Shown: positions 27,978 to 41,394 of the stretch, in pieces
Position numbering within the stretch: the first letter of the stretch is position 1
Layout: the number at the start of each line of letters is the position of its first letter
From: Octopus vulgaris
Taxonomy: Eukaryota
Direction: 5' to 3'
Assembly (NCBI GenBank): GCA_951406725.2
Contig: OX597818.1
Span: forward strand, 71,672,001 to 71,736,000
Length of the DNA stretch: 64,000 nt
Position numbers and translations under genes: made by a program
Notes under the pieces: model-generated
What the model saw: only the letters and a program-made list of their open reading frames with translations
Databases searched by the model: none
What the model was told of the DNA's origin: nothing

Positions 27978-30900
27978 TTCTTTTTGCCCACAAGGGGCCA
28001 ACACAGAGACAATACAAAATACGGGTCGATAAAAACGAATGAATTTTACTAAGAAATGGACAACTTAAAAAATTTCTGAAAATATAGCGTATGATTTAAA
28101 CAAACAAGCCCCGTTCCACCACTGAGATCTTTTAATTTTTCTTTATTCTTTACACTTACGCCTGGTCATTTATACCCAGCATTCGTGCCACTTTCTTTCA
28201 TTTTTTGTTATATATCGCAGACGACAGACATCTCCTCTCCAGCCGTATTTTCCTTTTGAGATGGAAAGTAAAGAAGGTTACTAAACCTTGGTTGGAGATG
28301 AAGACGCCTGTCACTACTCCTTTCATTCGAGACTTCCATACTGCTTCTTTCGCCATAGCAATTACAACGAGAAAACAAACCTTTCTTCCTTGTTAAAGGA
28401 AGACGGCAGAGTAATCTTAATGATTGATTCAGACGACAGCTGTACGCTTCCCATAGCAGCTGTTCGACATAAATCCACAATTTCGAGTGCAGGACAGTTT
28501 CTCTGTCCTGCTCACATCTAGGACAAATCTGCGAAGATTGACCTCCATGCCTTGCGAGTTTATCACGAACAGGTAAGACTCGTCTGTAACACTGCCAAGC
28601 CAGGGACTTTTGGAAATTATCTGAGGATCTTATCTGGAATGTACGCCGGAACAGTCCGGCTAGTTGACCATCGCTGAGATCCAGGGCCTCTCCCAGGTTA
28701 TCATCACACTTTGCCTCTACCAACCCTCTATAGAACGAAACCCTGACCACCGGCGTCACCCGTGCGAGAGAGACGATGAAAGGCTTGGCTGCATTTGGCC
28801 TGCCAAGCCCCTGCTTTCGGTCTACACCTAATCCAAGATTCCAGTCCACTAAAATTAGTGAACTTAGGAAAATTCGCCTCGACGAACAGAGACCACACCT
28901 ATTCCCCATCCAGCTAGAGCCAGAGATGTCTTATCCTCAACGCATGTCTGCGCATCTTTATCCACAGCATTCCTAATCCATCCTTTAACAGTTTTTGGCA
29001 GCAGATAGAGCGCTTTATTTCTCCCCAACAAAAAGCAGAAGCGTAGTCTCTCCAACTTGTTTTGCCAAAAATTGGGGCAAGGCACGACGGTTAGGCGGTA
29101 GGTAATCACAGATACGATAAGCACATTTGTGACCCAGGGATAGTCACCGCTCAGACCAGGTCTGAGTTCGGAGGATCACCCTGCTCGTCATCTCGCTCCA
29201 GTTCTTCTCTATCTGGAAGTCCGGACCAAACCAAACTCCTAGCATTTTAACCGGGCCCTCCGTCCAACGCCCCACGACGTTGTTGGGAGGTATCGACTTG
29301 CCCTTCCAGGTGCGAGTTGCAAGCCGACTGACTTCTCACGGTTAATTTTTACTCCTGCCACCGCCTCGTATTCTTTAATGGCCTCACCTATCCTTTGTAG
29401 GTATTTGACCTCGGATACGATGATGGTGATGTCATCCACGAACGCGGATACAAATCTGCCATAACTTAGATCTCGCGGGACGCCCTTCATAGCCTCCAAC
29501 TTCCGCAGCAAGGGTTCGAAAGCCAATACGTACAGGAGTGGAGAAAGGGGACATCCTTGCCTGACCGAGCGCTTGATGGAGAACGGCTCCGGAAGGAAAC
29601 CGTTCACCCGAACGATCGAATCGATGTTGCTGTAAAGAGTAGTGATCCAACTAAGAAAGCTGAGGGGTAGGCCGAATGCCGCAAGGACCGACACCAGATA
29701 CTGGTAGTCAACCCTGTCAAAAGCTTTAGACTGGTCTAAATGGACCAGAGTCCCACCCTTGCCAGGAATTTTATTCACCTTCTCTATGGTATAGCGTATA
29801 AGATTGAGATTGTCCTGGACGATCTGCCGGGAATGGCACTCGTTTGCGCCTTCCCGACGAGTCCACCCGCGACACGCACCATCTTTTTGCTAGTACCTTG
29901 GTCAAAATCTTCAGTTCTGTGTTTAGCAGAGTGATGATCTGGAAATTATCTACAACGTTCGTCTTGTTTGGGTCCTTTATTAGCAGTATCATTAATCCCG
30001 GCTCACAGACCTGGGTATAAACCAACTCTGCTCCCAGTGGCAAAGTAGGTATCCAAACAAGTCTGGCATACTATAATATAGCTCGTAAGGAAGGCCATCA
30101 AACCTCAGCGACTTGTCCACGCCGCAGTCCGACAAAGCCTCCTCTACCTCCACAGTTGTGATCGGTCCTTCACAGCTTTTCGATTCCCACCCCGAGAGAC
30201 ACGGCAACCCAGCGAGGAAGTCCGTAAAGTCCCTCCTGCACTCCGGTTCACCGCTCCTCCCGAAAAGCTGAGCGAAATGCTCCTGAAAGACCTTACACAT
30301 CTCATCGGTTTCGTTTACCAAGTTCTCCTGTTGGCTCGGCAAAGACTTTAGTGACGTCATTGTCACGTTGCATCTCTATCACACGGGCCCAGCTGGCCGC
30401 CTTAATTCCTCCCTGTCCTATTGCACGCTGCTTTGCCCTGACTATGCACCCCACGTGTTTAGCTTCGAGGTTTTGGTTGAGAACCAATCTCGCCACTAAA
30501 ACTCGGGATGCAGAGCCAGACCTCAGTGCCTCTTGAAAATCCTTAGTTAAGTTCCTTTCTATTCTATTTTTCTTAGCGACTAATGCTTTGCTATATCTAA
30601 TGGACTCGAACTTTTGAGGGCATACCACTAATTGTTGTTTATAATGCCCTCATCACTAGCAACCTAATCCGACTCCTGTACTCCTCATCTGCTACAAGGA
30701 CTTGTTAAGTTTCCAGTAGCCGGGACCTTGCCTACATAATTTATCTATGTCAAACTTACAGATCACAAGTTTGCGATCACTGTAGATGACGTAATGGAAC
30801 TGTGGACACCTAACTAAATCTTTATCTATTTTCCTAACGAATAACCTGTCTAAATAAGACCTAGAAGACTCGTCGTTATTCATCCATGTCCATAATGGAG

Positions 30901-32345
30901 CGATCCGGGTTTTCTAGTCTATACCTATCTTCCAGCTGAAAATGCCTAAGCAAATCGAGGAGTCACGGGTTTCCCCTCCTATCCGTACACGAGCCAACAC
31001 AATACACGCGTGCATCGCAGATTGAGTTAAAGTCTCCTAACAACACTAAGGAGTGTGACGTACCTAGAACTTTTTCTAGGTCTCGAAAATAGTCCGACTG
31101 TCCAGCATGCGTGGGGGCACAAACAGCTACCAGCCTGAAGGGCTTACAACTGCTGTGCATCATATCCAGGACGACCAGCCTTCCTTCTGGATCAACAAAA
31201 ATTACTCTAAACCCAGATTTTTCTTCAACAGAACTGCGACACCCCTCCCCCTTCCAGGTTGGCCTGGAGATATAAATTTCTCATAGCCGTTTAGGAGGGA
31301 GAAAAGCCTCTCGATCCATTCAGCCAAGTTTCTGTAACTACAATCACATCCAATGTATGCTACCTGAGGTCATTGAGGAAACGCCCTTGTTTCCAATTCG
31401 ACCTCAGGCCACGAACATTTAAACATCTTACGTTAAGTGTAAACGTGAAGAAAACTCTTACCTTGGATGGAGATGGGCTAACGCTCATCTCGTTATATTT
31501 AATTTGGGGCTTGTGAGGTCTCTATGACGAGGCCCTCATAAATTCGAAGAAAAAAATCTTTCTTCAGAGGGCCTACGTAATCTTGGAACTCCTTTTTAAG
31601 TTCCAAATAGTTTGCGCTGTCAATTTGGTATTTAACAATATGTTTGGGGGTGTTCATCGGATGTTGTATTGCAGTGTGAATTGTTTTTATTTTTGTTATT
31701 AATTTTTTGTTGTTGGTGTTAATGGCCATTAAGTTCGTGTCGGGGTTTGAGGTCGGGCGGGTATTAGGTCTTGGGGTTTTCTTTTTCGGGGTACTAGGGC
31801 TTGCGGGGGAGATTTTTCCTTTTGCTTTTTACTACAGTCCAATTACGGATGTCTTCTTCCTCCTCCGCCAGGGATGTTGTTGGTGTTGTTGTTGGTGGTG
31901 CTGGAGGCTTTGCTGCCTCAGACGTCGTTGTTGTAGCCGGTGTTAGTTGGAGCTGCTGCCTTGGCTTTTGTTGTGTTTCCGGAAGCAGGTGGGGCATCGT
32001 TGCCTTCTAGGGAGGAGGAGTGCACTTGGCCCTGATGTGACCTTTCTGGCCACATTTGTAGCACCGCGGCTTCCCCCACGACATTCACCTGTAGCTTACT
32101 CCCCCCACCACCTGTACAGTATCGATAATTCCTTCCAGGTCCTCTGCCAATTCTGCTGTTCCAAAACGGTTGCTTGGAAGATGTTGATTTTATCCCCCAA
32201 GCCCACCGTTATTGCTGCGCGAACCAGGCAGCGTTCATTTTGGGTGGGATCTCTCCCAACCTTATCTTGAAGGTACGCCCGCCCATATATGTTGGCAGGA
32301 GTACCACCCCTGTCGTTTTTAAAGTTTCTGTAGAGTGCTGCCTGG
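27978..32345 (-). mobile_element. Near full-length degraded Tx1/L1-clade LINE (ORF1 remnant, APE, RT, zf-RVT)
   Basis: LNVRGL (about 31420), VLLGDFN, SYLDR, SD.K.V, GPGYWKLN (APE); G.DGLPYE.Y, LDQSKAFDRV, VRQGCPLSPLLY, FVDD (RT); LPVRDKL..CPRC..ETVLH. Many frameshifts; the 5' end is cut by a SINE piece at 32345. Confidence 0.9.
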
Positions 32346-32525
32346 CTTGACAATCGATGTTGCTGTGTTTACGTTTCCGTCACTTAGCGGTTCGGCAAAA
32401 AGAGACCGATAGGATAAGTATTAGGCTTACAGAGAATAAGCCCTGGGGTCGGTTTCTTCAACTAAAGGCGATGCTCCAGCATGGCCGCAGTCAAATGACT
32501 GAAACAAGTAAAAGAATAAAAGAAA
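32345..32525 (+). mobile_element. SINE family A 3' half; other partial copies at about 19585-19745, 24240-24365, 25020-25200 and 38210-38285
   Basis: gcttgacaatcgatg...gcggttcggcaaaagagaccgatag.ataagta...ctccagcatggccgcagtcaaatgactgaaacaagtaaaaga. Confidence 0.8.
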
Positions 32526-32629
32526 AAATACACGAGTGTCAAACTAATACACCTACTCGTTGTTCTCTTACCTATCTTCGTTTTTGCTTTCTGTGAATTT
32601 GAACTACACACACACACACACGCATATAA

Positions 32630-32877
32630 AGGGGTAAAGACCCCCTTCGGTCATGAATGACCATGGGTTTGCACCTAGAAAGTTACCCTCCTAGACACAA
32701 GTCTGGGCAAGGTTGTTTATGGAAGACCAGCAGTCGCCCATGCATACCAGCCTCCCCTCTCCACGCCACCAGTGTTATCCAAGGGAAAGACAAAGGTCGA
32801 TACAGCTTGGCACCAGTGACGTCGCAACTCATTTCTACAGCTGAGTGAACTGGAGCAACGTGAAATAAAGTGCCTTG

Positions 32878-32880
<3 letters not shown>
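32630..32880 (-). mobile_element. SINE family C-like body/tail fragment
   Basis: Minus strand gcaaggcactttatttcacgttgctcc..cactcagctgtagaaatgag resembles the body of the 9350-9795 SINE; bounded by microsatellites. Confidence 0.5.
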
Positions 32881-32927
<47 letters not shown>

Positions 32928-34236
32928 GACGGGGTTCTTTCAGTTTCCGTCTATCAAATATCTACTAACAAGGTTTTGATCAGCCCGGGACTTTAGTTGA
33001 AGCAACTAGTCCAAGATGCCACGCAGTGGGACTGAGCCCAGAACCATGTGGTTGGGAAGCAAGCATCTTATCACACACAGCCGTTTCTGCATTTAATACA
33101 AAAAAGTAAATGAATGGTTTGATGTAAAAAACTATCACAAAGTCCAAGCAATATAATGGTTTCTGATTTAGACATAAGGCCAACAATTTTGAAGGGAAAG
33201 TATTTGTCGATACAACCTACTCCAGTACTGATGGGTACTTCATTTTTTATCGATCCTCGAGGGATGAAAGGCAAAGATGACCTCGGAAGGATTTGAACTC
33301 CAACGTAAAAAAACTAGGGTAAAAATACTGAAAGGTATTGTTTCTGATTTTCTAATAATTCCGCTACTTCACCTAAAAGATGTTAAAGTTACGATACATA
33401 CAAGGTTTTAACATCAATAGTAGTAGTTAATTTAACCCCCCCCCCCCAAAAAAAAAACCCCCAGCAGCAACGAAAGTAGAATTAGCCATTTGGCGTCATT
33501 GTCCATTCCATAAACGGAAAACAAAAAAACTGCAAAGAGAATTTAACGAACATACGCTAAAAATCTATTACATTGTATGAAGACATATTGCACATAAACA
33601 CAACATATAAAACTACTTCCTTTATTTATAACCAAGTCGGCCACATAAATCTGTCATTACTTGGCTTAGTTTATGATGAATCACATTGCGACTTGTAGGG
33701 GAGGAGTTTCTCCGTTGGTATACCACCTCATATAGCAATGGTTTCAAATTTTGCCACAAGGGCAGCGTTCAACTGGTACTTACTTTATCGATCTCGAAAG
33801 GGTGAAAGGCAAAGTTGATATCGGCGGAATTTGAAACCACCGCGTATTATAATAACAACAATAATAATGATTTCAAATTTTGGGCTCAAGGCCAATAATT
33901 CCGATGGTGAGCCGCTAAGCATTTGTTCGCTAAGCATTTCGTTCATTAGATTCTGCCAGCTCACAGTAAATATCCAGTGAAATAACAGCCTCCACAACAT
34001 GTACTTTACAGGCCAGATACCCGACAGAAGACCACAACTCGCATTACACACACAGCACGCAATACAAACACTTACACCGCAAAAGACTACAACCAACTTC
34101 CATAACAAAACAAACGGAAGCAATACAGTACCGGGACGAGTTTGCACTCCCCAACAACAAAAAAGAACACATAATGCCGCACACACCTCAGCAACATGAT
34201 GTAGTGGAAACCTGCCTGAAACTATCAAATGTCGAA

Positions 34237-34326
<90 letters not shown>

Positions 34327-36051
34327 AACAACAACAACAATAATAATGAATATTCAAGTGTCCTAGAAAGACATTCACTTAATCAATAAGTCATAGTCTT
34401 GTCATTTGTAATTATTTAAAATTGTTAAAATTATTCATCTTTTTTTTTCTTCCTTCATTGATTAATTCTCAACTATCGGGATGGTCTTCTTCAATCTACA
34501 AATGTAGCAAATTGTCTCTCGCATTTCTACGAATACATTTTTATTGCGTTATTTTACACTTTATTGTATTTTATTGCAAGGAATATGTATTGTTTTACTA
34601 CAGCAAAGAACAAAAAAAACCCACACTAAAGGAGCAATTCAGATGTTCATTACAATCGTTCGTGTTGCCTGGTGAAGCGTTTTCATTGTATCACACGGTT
34701 TTCCTCCTGCCCCGACAACAGAAGCGTTACTTCTGCGACAGTCTTTGTTCTTTTATCAAATTGATTTACAGGAGCAACTGATACATCAAACTCTACACCG
34801 AATTATTTCGATACAACACGATATGGTCATGTGGTTCAGATGTTTGATCCATTACCATTTGGTACCAAATTCGATCTTAGTGCATGCCTCTTTGAGAAAA
34901 TGATATGTGCCATAACTGACGCAAGCCTTCTAAGTGATATGGAGTACCCGGAAATTTTGTAGTAAATTGTCGGAAAGACTTTACCCCAAATTAAGTGGCT
35001 GACTTAACATGTCGCCCGGCCGAACCCAACATTTGGTCCTTAGATGCCTTATCAGAGTTTTATAAGGATTTGAATTAAGTCTCCACTCTGAGGAAACTCA
35101 TTCCTTTTGTCACAGCAGTACGGGGACATTTACAAATGTCTTGATTGCTGTTGTTCCTTCCTAGATAAAGCTACAAGGCACACATGTATCAGGGTAACTG
35201 CAGTATGTTAGAAGTAAATGTTATATATCATATAGTTTCATCTATCTAGCTTTGGATCGTGCACTTTGTCTCTAGATTTCTACCATAATAACAATATGTT
35301 GGTTTTTAGCGAGTTGGATGAAAAATATTAGTTATAATGAATTTAGATTTCAAATCAAGTTCCATAAACTAAAGTCCGTTTAAGTTGCACCCACCTATCC
35401 CATTTCTTCCAATGATATTTGGCAAGATTACGTGGCTCCTTTTGACACAAGAATTAAAACCCTCAAGTATCCTCGGAATTAACAAACTTTACGGTTAGGG
35501 CTAGCGATTCATAGATATGTATTCTTTATCATTTACAAAAGCTGGAACATAAACACCAATGGCATTGAAATGTTAATTATTTAAGAAACAGATTGAGAAT
35601 ATTGAACTTTTTTTTTACCAAAATTAAAACCAATTCCATGCATGCCTAATTTAAGATAGCCCTCTTACTCCAAAATAATTTAAACCTTCACCATTCTTAA
35701 TTAGGTTATCCTCACCAATTCTGGTTTTACTTAGATCCGTAATGTCTACAATGGAATTTCCAAGTTCGCATACAATGAGGGCTGCTCATTGTTCAGATCT
35801 TTCAGACACTTTATTCCAATTTCCAGTAGTTAAGGATATTCTTCTTTTTGCTTTATTGTTATGTCCGTTAAGGGTGTATCTTCTGGGCGTGCGTTCTCTT
35901 TTGAGATAGAGCTGAGGTTGGCAATGTGTAAGTAACCTTATCTATCCAAGGGAAACGTTCTAGTATAAGTTCTGAGTTAGAGACTTCTAGAGTATATCAA
36001 CTTCTTGTCCCTGCCTCCCGTTCCTTATCACTGCTGGAATGAATATAGAAA

Positions 36052-36101
<50 letters not shown>

Positions 36102-36132
36102 TCACTCACTCACACACACACACACACACTCA

Positions 36133-36172
<40 letters not shown>

Positions 36173-36429
36173 TATATATACACACACACACGCATACATA
36201 CACTTTAATATTATCTGGGTAACAACCTTATAGCGTGCTTTCGAAAGCTTCTCTTCGGGTATTGCCCACCAGATGCTATCATGCAATAGGACCTCTCCTT
36301 TTATCTGGATACACATATGGAAATCCGCGTAGTTTCCGTCAACCCAATTTCGCCACAGGTCTTGGTCACCTCGGAGGTATAGCAGAAGACACTTGCTCAA
36401 GGAACCACGCAGTGGAACTGGACTCGAAA

Positions 36430-36499
<70 letters not shown>

Positions 36500-37070
36500 G
36501 GAAGCAACTACTCATGGAACGGTAATGTAAACTAGATGAATATACTACGGCCACTTGTAGCGTTGATTATCAGGCACCGTATGAGACAATACTGGGCCTT
36601 CCATGTCCAGTCACAGACTTTTCGAAGGGTTTCCATACACTTCTCTTCTACTTCATATCACCCACATTCATTGGGAAGACCTCAAAAACACTTGGACAAA
36701 AACGCCGCGTAAGGATATTACAGAACACGGAACTTCGTGAATACGAAGAGATAGCATGCACATTCCGTTCCCCAGTCTGTCTGTCTCTCATTTTCTCCCC
36801 TTCTCTCACTCTCTCTCTTTCTCTCTCTCCCTCTCTGATCCACGTAACGAAATACGAATCCACTCGGTTCCGATAATAACAAAAGCAATAGCACCCCATC
36901 ACCATCATCGTCATCATCAACAACAACAACAACAACAACAACACAAGCAACATGTATATATGCCCCCCCCTACAATCTTTATCACTCCCCTGTGTTTCTC
37001 TTCCCCTCTCTCTCCTATAATGTCAACTTTCTATTTTGTCATTGCTTCACACTCTGCCTCTTTCTTCACT

Positions 37071-37139
<69 letters not shown>

Positions 37140-37522
37140 ATAATGTCTTTTCATGTCCTCGCAGTCAGTCTTCCAGCTCTCACCACTTTCAACCTAGTTT
37201 TTCTACCTCCCCCTCTTTCTTCCTTTCTACGATGTTTGTTTTCTCGTTTGCTATTATGTCATTATGACGTCATTCGATCAGTCGCTGATCACACCGTACA
37301 CACGCACCGAAACATCACTGAAAACTTCACCTCACCACGCAAGTAATAATATATTGATGTATGTATATGTATGTGTGTATGTCTGTGTGTGTGAGCGACT
37401 CTGTGTGTGTAGCGTGTGAGTGTGGGAGTATAACTGTGTATGTATTACATTTGCGTGTAGGGACGTATGTGAATGTATGTTGTACATACACTCGTATGTA
37501 TATAATCTCTCTCTCTCTCTCT

Positions 37523-37575
<53 letters not shown>

Positions 37576-37607
37576 TTTGTATGAATACGCACACATTTAT
37601 ATATATA

Positions 37608-38007
37608 GGCGCAGGAGTGACTGCGTGGTAAGAAGCTTGCTTCCCAACCATATGGTTCTGGGTTCACTTCCACTGCGTGGTACCTTGGGTAAGTGTCTTC
37701 TACTATAGCCACTGGCCGACCAAAGCCTTGAGAGTGGATTTGGTAGACGGAAACTGAAAGAAGCCCCTCGAATATATGTGTATATATGTATGTATTTGTG
37801 TGTCTGTGTTTGTCCCCCCCCCCCCATCGCTTGACAATCGATGTTGGTGTACTTAAATCCCCGTAAGCTTGCGGTTCGGGAAAAGAGACCGATAGAATAA
37901 GTGCTAGGCTTATAAAGAACAAGTCCTGGGGTTAATTTGCTAGACTAAAGGTGGTGCTCCAGCACGGCCGCAGTCAAATGACTGAAACAAGCAGAACAAT
38001 AAAAGAA
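37608..38007 (+). mobile_element. Full-length tRNA-derived SINE (family A, about 400 bp, internal microsatellite). Head-only copies at about 6600-6740, 7490-7650, 21030-21180(-), 22970-23120(-), 32927-33085(-), 36330-36430(-) and 53390-53520(-)
   Basis: ggcgcaggagtgactgcgtggtaag (A box)...gggttcacttcc (B box)...gtggatttggtagacggaaactgaaagaagccc, then (TG/TA)n, then the 3' half ending gactgaaacaag. Confidence 0.85.
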
Positions 38008-38630
38008 TATATATATGTATATATACATGTATATATATATTTGTTTGAATATATGTGTGTGTGTGTGTATATATATATATGTATATACATATAGACATAT
38101 ATGTGTGTATATGTATATACATATAGACATATATGTGTGTGTATATATATATACATATAGACATATATGTGTGTGTATATATATATATATACAAATGTAT
38201 ATATATAGAGGTCAATTTGCTCGACTAAAAATGCGGTGCTCCAGCGTGGCCGCAGTCAAATGACTGAATCAAGTAAAAGAGTGAAGAGTATATGTGTGTG
38301 TGTGTGTGTACATATATATGCATATACACGCATATACAAATACACATTAGCATACATACATACATACATACATGTCTGCAGACAGACATATGTACATACG
38401 TGTATATATGTATCTATAAAGTCAAGTTAACACTCGTGAAACTATCTATTTGACTACATCTGTAGTTGCAGACATTTATAAGCCAACAATGGCAATACAC
38501 ACGGCAATTATAAGTCTATAGGAATACTATATAAATACACGCTCTCTAGCGTTGAGAGAAAGCGATACAAAGACACAGAGGGAGATTGATGTATACACAG
38601 TAAAGGAGTGAGAGAGTGAGAGATTGAGAG

Positions 38631-38795
<165 letters not shown>

Positions 38796-39041
38796 GGGAG
38801 AAGCAACAAACCAGTTTTTGTGATATACTGGAACTCATCAAAGTTACATGCATATATAAATATAGCAGGCGGAGTTTCCTCTTTGTCGTTGCCATGGTAT
38901 TTAAAGCTCACTTATGACGTAGGCAGCGATCTCCCGACTTCGCTCTCGGCCAATAATTATTTGCTTATTTTTTTTTACATGTTTTGCTAAGCATATACAC
39001 CCACTTCTGTACCCATTTCACCAATCTAAACACACACACAA

Positions 39042-39083
<42 letters not shown>

Positions 39084-39894
39084 CACACAGGCTCTCACAA
39101 ACACACACACACGAATATAGACACATTTTCATGTGATTGTCTTATTTGTTCTAGATAAAACTTCAAAACTTACCATAGCGATGGTCTCTATACGTCGGCT
39201 TTGGATTACCTCGTCCCCACTTCACCCCACTCAGTCAGCCCAAGTCCCACATTAACCCATTATGTCCAAGCCTCCTTGTACCCCAGAACTGAAATTCTCT
39301 TACTTTACGTCTTTTCTTCACTTCTTGGAACCGTTTAAGCGAGGCATAACGGTTACGCTCACCGGTTACAGTAGGTCCTGTGAAAGCTATGGGAACAGAA
39401 CAGCCATCTCCCTTCAGACCTAGCAGCATATATTTAATCTCAGTGTAAAGCTGTTATGTAACGTTGGGGAGGCTTGCTTTGTCTTTCATTAAAGCTTCTT
39501 CAGGTTTAGCTTATTTCTTGCCAGCTACTGAGAGAAAGCAGAGACATCAACTCTTATGGAAAATATATTCAAAATCAGAACAAACCTTAGCCTATTTATA
39601 CTGCAACGTTGTAAAGTTGGATGTAGATTAACTGAGGCACTGACACAGTGTATTTGCGGCAAAAAAAAAAAAAAAAGGAAAAAAGAAAAGGTGCGCATGT
39701 GTCCTTAGTAGTGCTATGGGAATGTGATTGGGTGTAACATTGATCTTGTATGTATTTTCCATACATATTAATATCAGCCCATTCTCTCAGCTGCTGGGAC
39801 AAAAGAATCCTGCCGAGACTTTATTTTACTCAACAATTCTTTTATATATTTAGATCTATACAGTCATACATTTATGTACACATTCTTTTATCAA

Positions 39895-40085
39895 TGGTTT
39901 AAAATTTTGGCATAAGGCCAGCAAGCTCGGCGGAGGGTGTAAGTCGATTACATCGACCACAGTGCTCAACTGGCACTTATTTTATAGACCCCGAAAGGAT
40001 GAAAGGCAAAGTCGACCCCGGTGGAATTTCAACTCAAAACATAAAGACGGTCGAAATGCCACTAAGCATTTTTCCAGTGTGTTAA
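39895..40085 (-). mobile_element. SINE family B copy; others at about 33170-33370, 33740-33840, 43170-43310, 44755-44960 and 45085-45270 (all minus)
   Basis: ccgaaaggatgaaaggcaaagtcgac...ggaatttgaactcagaa core, the reverse complement of 57160-57370. Confidence 0.8.
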
Positions 40086-40090
40086 TGATG

Positions 40091-40155
<65 letters not shown>

Positions 40156-40156
40156 T

Positions 40157-41357
40157 TGAACTAGCTTACAAAACAACCACAATTGGACTGGCCAAATATC
40201 TCGAAATATCGAATGACTGGATGCTAAAGCTCGTGGAAAATCACGAGAGACGAAAGAAGCTTCATTCTATCATAAAGGAAAGCAAAAAATTTGCTATTGA
40301 TCTCGTGCAGGATACCCAAACTGAACAACCCGAGGGAAGTACGGCAACTATTGTTGCAAAGAAGGTGAAAATGATGGCAGTGAAGAAAGCGCACGAGCAA
40401 TTGGCTGATAGGTGGGAGGAGAAACCTCTGCACGGCAAATATGTAACCCGCAGCAAACAAGCTGATGTTGACCAGAAGCAAACCCATCAGTGGCTACGGA
40501 GCTCAGGGCTAAAAGCAGAGAGCGAAGGTTTCATCCTGGCTGCTCAAGATCAAAGCCTATTAACCCGGAACTACCAGGCCAATGTGATGAAAAATGGAGC
40601 AGACCCAAAATGCCGATTCTGCAACGACATGATTGAAACAGTGGACCACCTAATCTCTGGATGTAAAGTCTTAGCACCAGTGGAGTATAAATTAAGACAT
40701 GACAGAGTTGGCCAATATCTCCACTGGCTAATAAGTCGGCATTACAATATCAAAACTGCCGACAAGTGATATAATCACCACCCTGAGGCTGCAACTAAAG
40801 GAGAAAATGTAACCATTCTGTGGGACTTTCCAGTACATACAGGCCGAACCATCAAGGCCAATAAACCAGATATTGTTGTGAAAGACCAAAACAATAAAGT
40901 TTGCTTATTGATCGATATGAGCATCCCCTGTGATCATAATATCTCAGCGAAAGAGTTTGACAAGCTCAGAAAATATAAAGACCTACTCATTGAAATTGAG
41001 AAAATGTGGCATCTCAAGGCGGTTACAATACCAGTGATCGTAGGAGCACTAGGAATGATCAAGAAGGGAACCGAAAATTATATGAGAATGATCCCTGGCT
41101 TACCATCCCTGCAAGAAGTGCAAAAGATTGTCTTAACTGGTACATCACACGTATTGAGAAGAGCATTGTCGATGTGAGAACTGTTGGTGCTCATGTATTT
41201 TAATTTAACTTAAAAAAAATTAAAAAAAAAAAAAAAATGAACGAACTATTGAGTTTGGTTTAATGGCCTACCAATGTATACTATGAGTTTCTTTGCCCTA
41301 GGAGTCGGGAAGACACTCGGCAAGAAATGGAAGCAAATTTGAAAGAAGAAAAAAAAA

Positions 41358-41358
<1 letters not shown>
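40157..41358 (+). mobile_element. 5'-truncated Dong/R4-clade (restriction-like endonuclease) retrotransposon, family 1, flanked by (TAA)n on both sides
   Basis: LHGKY, WLRSSGLKAESEGFILAAQDQ, CRFC..ETVDHLISGC, RHD, ILWDF, KPDIV..D, LIDMSIP, K..KY.DL, IPVIVGALG; a single TGA at 40767 separates two in-frame ORFs. Confidence 0.88.
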
Positions 41359-41392
<34 letters not shown>

Positions 41393-41394
41393 TT

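Noticed and set aside
33890-34240. Non-repetitive segment ending in (TAA)n, possible LINE 3' end
   Set aside because: No recognisable protein motif or similarity to the Dong tails in this window; left unassigned.
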